From: an uncultured virus (IMG/VR IMGVR_UViG_3300005201_000018)
Taxonomy: Duplodnaviria; Heunggongvirae; Uroviricota; Caudoviricetes
DNA: 64,000 nucleotides
Virus record (IMG/VR): IMGVR_UViG_3300005201_000018
Direction: 5' to 3' (one strand)
A program made the position numbers and the translations under genes. Below, piece by piece: positions 11,528-19,402 of the stretch. Under the pieces are notes generated by a model. That model saw only the letters and a list, made by a program, of their open reading frames with translations. It did not search any database and was not told the origin of the DNA. Every line of letters starts with the position of its first letter. Position 1 is the stretch's first letter.

Positions 11528-12855
11528 TCTTCTCCCTGTAATTTAGCGTTAACATACTCCCTGAAAATACGCTTTGCGGCGCGGAATCCATAGAAAACAT
11601 ACCGCTGCTTAAAATACCGTCCATCCTCTGCCCGGTATGACAGTGTAAAACCGTCAACAGGGTGCCGCATGAACATAATATCCTTATACCGTATGCGTTC
11701 TTTACGCATGATTGTGTACCTCCTGCCCGTTATCCTTGCGGAAATAGGCGCAGTGCCCATGCAACCCTCCGTTCACGGGTCTCTTACGGTACAGACTCCA
11801 TGCCTCTACCATCTTTATGCCATGATCTGTCATGCTTTTTATATGGCCGGCATCACGCACCCCAAAGTTTGCCATGGTATCCCCAAAAAAACGCATCGTC
11901 TTCCTGTTGAAAAAATACCCTTCTGGATTATTGAACTCATAGAGCTGCTTTAATTCACTCGGTGTCATACTACCTCCTTGAAGTACCGCTTCAAAAAAGC
12001 GCCTGTCTTCCGGGCAGAAAGAAAACGATCCTGCTTATTGCTCCAGGTGAAATGGTACTTCCGTTCTTCCCCGGAATACACCACAACACAATTCATGTGA
12101 TGACACGAGTCATAATACCTGCCTTCATACTTTGCCTTCCGCATACAATTCCCCCTTACACTATAGTTATCTGCTTTACGCGCAGACCTGCCTTTACGCA
12201 AAGTTCACACGCACTTTCCCAGCTCGCAAAATAGAGCACCTTGCCTGCCTTCCTGCCCGGAAACTTCCTGGGCTGCTTTGCCTGCCATATTCCCCTGCCG
12301 GGTTTTTCCTTAACACTTACCCGATACATTACCGCCTGCCTTTATGCTATTTGGATCCAGCCTTCTTCCTTGTCCGGCTTGCCTGCACCAATTTCAGCAC
12401 ATAATGCATAGATCCTCCGTGATGTACTCGGCGCTCCAAACCATCCTTGCCAGTTTATAAACACACCTTCTGTGCCAGACCGTGCAATAGCGTTGCCATG
12501 GTAAAACCAATACATTAACCTGTCGCCTGCCATACCGCTACATACCACGCGATCCCTCGGCCCTGGACAACCTTCTTTGCCATTTATCAAAAGCCGTATA
12601 GCCTGTTCATGCACCTTCCGCATAATTTGCCCCCTGTACTATCTTGTCCACTATGCTGCCGGCTTGCTGCTCTGTGATACCTGCACGCCTCCAGCCGGAC
12701 TGCTTAACCATATCCGCAAGCCATTTTGTCGCATGGCGCTTACCCACAAGTTTGTATGCAACCATTACCCGGTTAGTAATACGCTTATCGCTTACTATCC
12801 ATGATTCTGTCTCCTTTAGGTTCAGGTCTCTTGTCATATAACCCCCGTCATTTAC

Positions 12856-12886
12856 TACGCGAAAAATTGACATTTACGTGAAAAAA
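12856..12886 (-). promoter_or_regulatory. Early motif copy 4
   Basis: TACGCGAAAAA...TACGTGAAAAAA. Confidence 0.8.
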
Positions 12887-13258
12887 TAATTGAAAAAAAA
12901 CACACAAGCTTTTTAATTGAAACGATAGGCGCGGGGTATGACCCCCGCCATGTATACGCTTATGCCTTACTGCCTATCAGGGTAAAGGTGAGTCCGGTTT
13001 GGTAACGCGCATCAGGATTTGCGGGGTTTGTTACCTTGCCCGTTGCAAAAAATCCGACACTACCCGTGGAAAAATCTTTAGCCGTTGCATACATACGGCC
13101 CCATTCACGCCCTTCATTATCGGCTATAATAACCGATAATGACGCCGGGGCTTTGTTATCCCTATACCCTTGTTTCTTGTTTGCCATATATACTCCCTTA
13201 CATGATATATAAACCGGGCTTGTTGCCGGGCTTATCCCTATTTCCGATGATCACTTAC

Positions 13259-13359
13259 TACGCAAAAAATCGCTGATTACGTGAAAAAATAATTTTGATT
13301 TGCTCTTTTGCTTTTTAGTGTGCACCTACTACGCAAAAATCGCCGATTACGTGAAAAAA
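13259..13359 (-). promoter_or_regulatory. Early motif copies 5 and 6 (13259-13289, 13330-13359)
   Basis: Two tandem near-identical copies. Confidence 0.8.
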
Positions 13360-13600
13360 TAATTTTGTTGTCTATACTATGTAATACACTTATATGACTA
13401 CCTAGTGTATAGTGTGTACTACTGTACTCGTACTATGTACTATATAGTATCAAAATTAAATTGCAGGTAAAATATGTTAGTGTGGAAACATGAATAAATT
13501 TGAAAAGTAGATATATGTTTTTATTCCGTTTTTAAGGCATATTTTATGGATTGATCATAGGCGCAAAAAACACAAGCAGATATTTTTAGATCACAAAAAC

Positions 13601-13630
13601 ATAGTACCACAAATAAAAATGGTGTGTCAA
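13601..13630 (-). promoter_or_regulatory. Sigma70-type promoter toward the early cluster
   Basis: TTGACA-18 nt-TACTAT with TG extension. Confidence 0.55.
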
Positions 13631-13928
13631 GTGATTTTATAAAACTATTTTATAAAACTATTTTAACCGTTAAATCATCCCTTACTGTATAATACACTTA
13701 ATGATACTATATAGTATGGGTAACAAAGAAGAAAGAATTTTAAGAAAATTCCCGATTTTCTCCATTTTTCCCATACCCCCAAATAACTTTTTTTCAATTT
13801 GTACTTTTGAAATTTATTCAGGTTTACACATATACAAATTTTAACTGCGATTAAAAATAAGCCCCCCCGGCCGGCGTTTTCCTCTGTTTTTTGGGTATTT
13901 TGCAAAATTTTTCGGCTATTTTACAAAA

Positions 13929-13959
13929 TTTTTTCACGTAGTCGGGGATTTTTTGCGTA
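13929..13959 (+). promoter_or_regulatory. Early motif copy 7, opposite orientation
   Basis: TTTTTTCACGTAgtcggggaTTTTTTGCGTA pointing at gene 14236. Confidence 0.8.
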
Positions 13960-14158
13960 TAGTGTGAGGGTGATACATAATACACACTATACAGATTGAG
14001 CCACGGCGGGGGTAAATAGGGTTTTTGGGCCGATAAGCGCCGCAAGCCCCGGATCCCCCGGATCCCCTATTTTTAGGAAATTTAGGAAATTTTATAAAAC
14101 TTTTTGAGTTTTTTCCAAAAGTATACTAAAAAAAAAGTATAGATTTTGCAGAGAAGTA

Positions 14159-14187
14159 TTGATCTTTTTTTATCGTTGTGGTATATT
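14159..14187 (+). promoter_or_regulatory. Sigma70-type promoter of the 278-aa gene
   Basis: TTGATC-17 nt-TATATT with TG extension. Confidence 0.65.
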
Positions 14188-14235
14188 ATAAGTAACAGAC
14201 GGTCAATCTGTAATACATTTTAGGAGGTTACTATT

Positions 14236-15072
14236 ATGAGTAACAAGTTATCAGAGCGGGATATGGCGCGCGTTAACGCTTGCGCTATACTGTTTTTGGC
14301 TAGTAAGCGGGCTCCAAGGATCCAGCAGATTGCGGATGCCAAAGGCATAAGCCTAGGTGATGCCGCAACCATGTATACTTTGGGCGCGCTCAAGCGGGCC
14401 AAGCGTCAAGGCGCCAGGACCTATGGTGAGGCATTGGAGCGCTTAGAGGCCGAGCAAGTAGGGGATCGGGGGAACAAAATCACCCGGACGGCGAACGCCG
14501 AGCGATTAAGCCGGACGGTTAATCGGATTAACCGGGTTAACGCCGGGGACAAGATCACGATCGACGGTGTCCAATACGTGCATGATTATGATCAAATCGT
14601 AACCGTTGACGGCGTAAGGGAGGCGATCCCACACTTTGCGATTATGGACAAGGTAGAGGGGGAGCCCCGGACGTGCAAGGTTATGGGCACGTTATATGCC
14701 CAATGGGAGGAGCGCAAAGCCAAGAGCGATCCGGCAATCCAGGCCGACACGTGGATCAATTTGGAGTTGTTGCAAGCCGAGCGCCAAGGCGTGGATGCGA
14801 TCAATAACGTCATTGACAATAATCTGCGGCTTTACTTTGCCGATTATGCGGCCCGGTTATCACGTACCGCGCAACGGCGCTTGTACGAGCTTGCAACATC
14901 GGACACCGATCCGGCCTACTTAATGGGTAAGGCTAGAGATGCGGATAATAAGGCTATGCGCCGCGCCGCATGGGGTGCTTATACTTTGTATAGCGGCTTC
15001 CCGCATCGTGAGAGCATTTCCGGCGTTGAGTTTATCAATCTTGTAAGGCAGCACGTACAGGCCCCGGCGTAG
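14236..15072 (+). CDS. Hypothetical 278-aa protein in a monocistronic unit; candidate regulator
   Basis: AGGAGG RBS, own promoter and terminator, GC-rich compared with its flanks; function unknown. Confidence 0.8.
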   Translation: MSNKLSERDMARVNACAILFLASKRAPRIQQIADAKGISLGDAATMYTLGALKRAKRQGARTYGEALERLEAEQVGDRGNKITRTANAERLSRTVNRINRVNAGDKITIDGVQYVHDYDQIVTVDGVREAIPHFAIMDKVEGEPRTCKVMGTLYAQWEERKAKSDPAIQADTWINLELLQAERQGVDAINNVIDNNLRLYFADYAARLSRTAQRRLYELATSDTDPAYLMGKARDADNKAMRRAAWGAYTLYSGFPHRESISGVEFINLVRQHVQAPA

Positions 15073-15080
15073 GTATACCA

Positions 15081-15123
15081 ATAGGCTAGTGGTGCAAGCG
15101 GGTACCACTAGCCTATATTTTTT
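15081..15123 (+). terminator. Intrinsic terminator
   Basis: 13-bp stem ataggctagtggt/accactagcctat followed by a T run. Confidence 0.85.
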
Positions 15124-15301
15124 CCTTGTGGAATTTTACCCAGGAAAAATAATGGCTTGCCTAGAACTGTTCATCGCGCGGGATTTGGGCAAAAAGGTAA
15201 AATACAAAGAAAAAATTGTTTTTGTTTTTTTCTAAGCTTACCGTATGGTTGGCTAAACTTTTGTTTTTAAGTGTGCCGTAAGGCACAAGAGGAGAAGGAT
15301 T

Positions 15302-15544
15302 ATGCGTACTGTAGTTGTTGATGGTGAAGAGCGCAGGATTGCAAGTTTAAGCCCAAAGCTTGAAATATCTGTTGAGTTTACAGATAAGGCAGCCGCACTC
15401 GGCTATCGGCTGTTTTTAGCTGCACATTATGACGAGAGGCCATTATTTTTATTGAGACATCTTTGTGATGTACTTGAATTCACCAACAGTGATGCTTACA
15501 TACTCCGTTTTGACAAGGAGGATTCTTATGAACGAGCTAGTTAA
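15302..15544 (+). CDS. Hypothetical protein
   Basis: 80-aa ORF with purine-rich RBS, overlapping the next gene. Confidence 0.65.
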   Translation: MRTVVVDGEERRIASLSPKLEISVEFTDKAAALGYRLFLAAHYDERPLFLLRHLCDVLEFTNSDAYILRFDKEDSYERAS

Positions 15545-16442
15545 AATCATTGAGTACGACTCTCGACGGTTGGTTGACGCACGTGACCTACATAAGAGAC
15601 TGGGTGTTAAGTCTCGCTTCAACGACTGGATCAACAACAGAATTAAAAATTATGCTTATGTCGAAGGAGAAGATTTTTTTCTTGAAGCAAAAAAGCAGAG
15701 CGATAGTCGTATTTGTGATTATCTCATTACAATGGACGTTGCAAAGGAGCTTGCTATTGTTGAGAACAACGAGAAGGGCAGAGAAATTAGACGGTATTTA
15801 ATATCGTCAGCAGAGGCATGGAACACACCTGAAAAGGTTATCGCCCGCGCAAAACAAGCAGGTGCGATAATACTAACAGAAAAGGAAGTCGAGGAGTTTG
15901 AGTTCCTTGCTGAAGGCATGGCCGTTACTCCGTTCCCGGAATGTAGTCTTAAAGGGCTGCCGGCAAATGTGTGGCGTATTTGGACATCCAATGAAGAAGG
16001 CGGCAGAGTCTACATGCTACAATCCAAAGAGAGCAAGCTTACACGTTGGATACATATCTACGATGCTAATGGAAAGCATATTCGGATATTTATGACAAGG
16101 TGGAGTGACCGGTATAATCAGTGGATGGATTATGATTCAATCCAGCGATTGCAGAAAGAATATCTTTCCACGCTTGGAACGTGGGGTAAAAGAGAGCGTG
16201 TGCAGTTCACTGATTACTTTAGGTGGAGAGCGTCCATGATTAAGGCTGGGAAAATAAACCTCCAAGTTGAGGATAAGAGGGACAAGGCTGTTGAGGAAAT
16301 CAGCGCTCCTAAAGCTGGAAGCGCTGCTCCAGAAAACGTGCTTCCTTTCGAGCCGCCTAAGCGCAAGCGGAATTTCTACAGAGATGAGGTTACGGGAGAA
16401 CGGGTCTTTTACGACGACGAGGAAGCAAGCGCGGCGACTTGA
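15528..16442 (+). CDS. AntA/AntB-type antirepressor domain protein
   Basis: VDARDLHKRLGVKSRFNDWI, DYLITMDVAKELAIVENNEKGREIRRY, AWNTPEKVIARA; AAGGAGG before ATG 15528. Confidence 0.85.
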   Translation: MNELVKIIEYDSRRLVDARDLHKRLGVKSRFNDWINNRIKNYAYVEGEDFFLEAKKQSDSRICDYLITMDVAKELAIVENNEKGREIRRYLISSAEAWNTPEKVIARAKQAGAIILTEKEVEEFEFLAEGMAVTPFPECSLKGLPANVWRIWTSNEEGGRVYMLQSKESKLTRWIHIYDANGKHIRIFMTRWSDRYNQWMDYDSIQRLQKEYLSTLGTWGKRERVQFTDYFRWRASMIKAGKINLQVEDKRDKAVEEISAPKAGSAAPENVLPFEPPKRKRNFYRDEVTGERVFYDDEEASAAT

Positions 16443-16473
16443 TTTTTCTTCTGCTTTGTAGTATATTTTAATT

Positions 16474-16551
16474 TGCCGCTGGGAATCGGCCCACCTTTTT
16501 AGGTAGCCTCCTGTAAGATTGACCGTCTACAGGTTCCCAGCGGCTTTTTTT
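16474..16551 (+). ncRNA. Putative antisense small RNA 1, three-way junction
   Basis: Promoter TTGATT(16439)-17-TATATT; 11-bp closing stem 16475-85/16534-44 plus T7; two internal hairpins; complementary to the 14197-14230 leader. Confidence 0.7.
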
Positions 16552-16616
16552 GTAGGCAAGCCTTGAAAGTGTTGACATATATCTGCCTATAGGGTAAATT
16601 GAGGCTGGAGGTCAAA

Positions 16617-17102
16617 ATGGCTGAACAAATACCCCCTACCACTGATTATCGACAGCAGGTAGCAGCTTACGAGCGTAAACGTAAGATATATGGCGATACT
16701 ATGCGTTTGTGGGAAATGTTTGATAAAACAAGTTCCGAAATGGATGCCAGGTTTGATAAAGTACTTTTTACTATTGCGGCAGGGTCGTTTGGTTTGTCAT
16801 TCGTGTTTATCGACAAGTTCGTCCCTGTGATCGGTAAAGCCGTATGGCCGTTACTGCTTATGATCTCGTGGGCACTTTTTGCGCTTTGCCTTATTGTTAT
16901 GGTTATTGGTCACCTAATGAGCGCAGAATCATGGCGTAAGCAGCGTGATCAAGTTGCTAAGGACATGTTTCTTCAGTTTGACGGTAAACCGGTGGAAAAT
17001 AAGCCGACAAAAGATAGTGTGTCGCCGTGTAATTATATCGCACTTATTTCTTATATAGGCGGTATCGTATGTCTATTATGGTTTGTACTGATAAATCTGT
17101 AA
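16617..17102 (+). CDS. Three-TM membrane protein, moron-like
   Basis: Three hydrophobic helices; own promoter TTGACA(16572)-17-TAAATT; GGAGG RBS. Confidence 0.8.
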   Translation: MAEQIPPTTDYRQQVAAYERKRKIYGDTMRLWEMFDKTSSEMDARFDKVLFTIAAGSFGLSFVFIDKFVPVIGKAVWPLLLMISWALFALCLIVMVIGHLMSAESWRKQRDQVAKDMFLQFDGKPVENKPTKDSVSPCNYIALISYIGGIVCLLWFVLINL

Positions 17103-17200
17103 TTGTGCCCGGCACAGACAGCAAGCCTTCTTCCACGCCAATACCTGCACCACCGCTGCCTCCCCCTCCTTCGCCTCCCCTACCGTCTGAAGATAGTTGA
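17069..17200 (+). CDS. Putative 43-aa proline-rich peptide
   Basis: MSIMVCTDKSVIVPGTDSKPSSTPIPAPPLPPPPSPPLPSEDS; AGGCGG upstream; below the ORF-track cutoff. Confidence 0.5.
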   Translation: MSIMVCTDKSVIVPGTDSKPSSTPIPAPPLPPPPSPPLPSEDS

Positions 17201-17257
17201 CCTGTTTTGTAAGCATTTTGTGGTAAAAGGCAACCTCCTCGCGGAAAATTTGAACTA

Positions 17258-17291
17258 AAAGTATTGACTTTTGCGCTTTTTGGTGTACGTT
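17258..17291 (+). promoter_or_regulatory. Late promoter motif 1
   Basis: AAAGTA-TTGACT-16 nt-TACGTT. Confidence 0.8.
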
Positions 17292-17297
17292 CTTTCC

Positions 17298-17978
17298 ATG
17301 CAAAGAAAATCACAAAAGAAGCCGGATATTTTAGAGCCGCTTCCAGAAAAAGATAGTCCTGGGTATTTTCGCGCCTTGGTGAACAACTGTGTCCGGGCGT
17401 ACGAGAAATCATCTAACGACGGCCTTGCGTTGGACCTTTGCAAGGTAGCGGACAAAAAATTACGCGCAATGATTCTTAACGACGAGGAGTACAAAGTAGA
17501 AACAAAGAATATATACGCAAGACAGCGCATTGAGGAAATGGAGGAAGTCGAGTATTTGGCATCTGTTGCGGCAAATGGTGGCATGGATGAAGACGAAGAA
17601 GATGATGATGATGACCATTATGCGCCGAGGGATGGGGAAAGAAAGCCGAAAAAACTCACGGGCGTGGATAAGGACATGATAAATATGCAGTTCAAAGCCG
17701 CGCAGATGAAACGGGAATTGCGTGCGGAGCTGTCGAAAGCGGAAGGAGACAACGAGCGGGACGCCATCAACTTCATGTTTATTCCCATCACCAGGGAGGA
17801 GTTTGAAGAGTTAGCTACGGTTGAAATAAATCAGGGGTCTAACGACGCGGACTTTGACGCCCTCATGGGGGCGAAGGAAGAAGTGCCGTCAGGAAGCCTC
17901 CAGATGAAAGGAAGCACAAAGCTGCAAGATGAAGACTATTTCGACGTGCTTCCTGACGGTGAGATTGTTGAGAGGTAA
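17298..17978 (+). CDS. Probable terminase small subunit
   Basis: Directly upstream of terL; assigned by position only. Confidence 0.55.
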   Translation: MQRKSQKKPDILEPLPEKDSPGYFRALVNNCVRAYEKSSNDGLALDLCKVADKKLRAMILNDEEYKVETKNIYARQRIEEMEEVEYLASVAANGGMDEDEEDDDDDHYAPRDGERKPKKLTGVDKDMINMQFKAAQMKRELRAELSKAEGDNERDAINFMFIPITREEFEELATVEINQGSNDADFDALMGAKEEVPSGSLQMKGSTKLQDEDYFDVLPDGEIVER

Positions 17979-17980
17979 CA

Positions 17981-19345
17981 GTGAAAAATGTTCTTGTGTT
18001 GCCGCATCAGTCTCATTATATGCAGGCTCCTGGCTTGTTTCCTGAAATTAGATGGTTCTTTCTTTGTTGCGGCTATGGTGCTGGAAAAACGCGTGGAGAT
18101 GTTTTTGCGTTAAATAATGACATTGTACGGCTTCAGAATAGGCGGGACAGAGCCGGGGATTATGTTCGGCTTATGGTTTGCGGGTTTACATTAAGCCACT
18201 TGGAAAAGACGCTGCTCATTTATTTTAGACAATACCTTATAACGAGTAAAACGGTTTATGTTGAGAACAAGAAATACAATGTTTTTACGGTTGGGACCGT
18301 TACCATTATTTTGCAGCCGCTTGAAAATCCAGGCGACATATTTGGCCTTGATGTTCATAAAATATATGTTGAAGAAGCCGACGAGCTTACGACGGATAAA
18401 ATGCTTGAGGCTACCAAGGCGCTTAACGAACGCTGTCGGCAGGTGATACCTGGTGAGCGGCCTCCCTGTGTCTGCTTTGCTTCAACATCCCAAGGCCAAA
18501 AGGGTCTATATGCGGTGTATAACCATTTTAAGAAATCTGGCATAGGGTTTGTATTGATACGCGGAAGGACACAGGATAACATATTTCTCCCTAAAGAACT
18601 GATACGCGACATGCTAAAGACATACACGCCTGAAGAACGCAAGGTGTTCATGGAGGGTATGTTCCTGGCTATCGCTAAGGGCCGGGTGCTGCCGGGGTTT
18701 GATTGGGAGCGTAATTACCTATCGTATGACCTCGATGAGAAGGTACTCCCAGGTGAAACAATTTTGTGGGGGCAGGATGTAAATACCGGTTATAATCGTG
18801 GGTCTGCGTATGTGGTGCGCGATGGTGTGATATACGCGCTAAAATACTATGACTTTGCGGATTTGATGGATGCCCCAAGGGTCGTGCGGCACGACTTCCC
18901 GGAACAGCGGATACTGTGGCTTCCTGACGTTACGATTAAGGATTCGTTCAGGTCATTTAAGGATGAGCTGCGCCGGTACGGTATAAAGATAATATATCGG
19001 AAAAAGAGTCCGTCCGTAGAGGATTCCAGCTTTCTTGTCAGCAAGCTATTTTACCTGAACCAGCTTATGGTATGTAAGATTGCGAGGGATTTGGCCGAGG
19101 CGTGTAGTACCGCTATGCGGGATAAGGATAATAAAATCCCCAAAGGAATAGGCCAACGGTCCCCGATCCATGCGATCGACGGGCTGCGCTATGTCTGTAC
19201 GTTTGCGGTGATTAAGTACCCCGGTTTTGAGAACATTAAGCGGCTGATAGTGGACAAACGGGCCTCCCTACGGAACGAGCCGGATGAGGGCTTAGTAAAG
19301 GATCTAGGCTCCGGTTATACGGAAATTTCCCCTGAAGCCCTATAA
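17981..19345 (+). CDS. terL: Terminase large subunit
   Basis: Walker A CGYGAGKT, Walker B YVEEAD, nuclease GQDVN and HAIDGLRY. Confidence 0.9.
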   Translation: MKNVLVLPHQSHYMQAPGLFPEIRWFFLCCGYGAGKTRGDVFALNNDIVRLQNRRDRAGDYVRLMVCGFTLSHLEKTLLIYFRQYLITSKTVYVENKKYNVFTVGTVTIILQPLENPGDIFGLDVHKIYVEEADELTTDKMLEATKALNERCRQVIPGERPPCVCFASTSQGQKGLYAVYNHFKKSGIGFVLIRGRTQDNIFLPKELIRDMLKTYTPEERKVFMEGMFLAIAKGRVLPGFDWERNYLSYDLDEKVLPGETILWGQDVNTGYNRGSAYVVRDGVIYALKYYDFADLMDAPRVVRHDFPEQRILWLPDVTIKDSFRSFKDELRRYGIKIIYRKKSPSVEDSSFLVSKLFYLNQLMVCKIARDLAEACSTAMRDKDNKIPKGIGQRSPIHAIDGLRYVCTFAVIKYPGFENIKRLIVDKRASLRNEPDEGLVKDLGSGYTEISPEAL

Positions 19346-19362
19346 AAATCTTTTTTTGCCTT

Positions 19363-19396
19363 AAAGTATTGACTTTTTGCTTTTTCATAGTACGGT
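19363..19396 (+). promoter_or_regulatory. Late promoter motif 2
   Basis: AAAGTA-TTGACT-16 nt-TACGGT. Confidence 0.8.
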
Positions 19397-19402
19397 TTCT
19401 GC

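Larger units (their letters stand above)
7154..13187 (-). other. Cluster of small, often acidic, putative early/host-takeover genes (7154-7345, 7342-7671, 7681-8220, 8363-8794, 8787-9107, 9120-9896, 10123-10533, 10948-11478, 11702-11968, 11965-12144, 12342-12623, 12607-12837, 12960-13187)
   Basis: Co-oriented ORFs with RBSs, divided into units by the repeated TTCACGTA/TTGCGTA motif. Confidence 0.75.

Noticed and set aside
8250..13359. Dispersed repeats as a CRISPR or integron attC cassette array
   Set aside because: Not palindromic, irregularly spaced and located just upstream of gene starts, which fits promoters or operators better
16474..16551. tRNA gene
   Set aside because: Only two inner arms, no TTCG T-loop or CCA end; finishes in a U-tract
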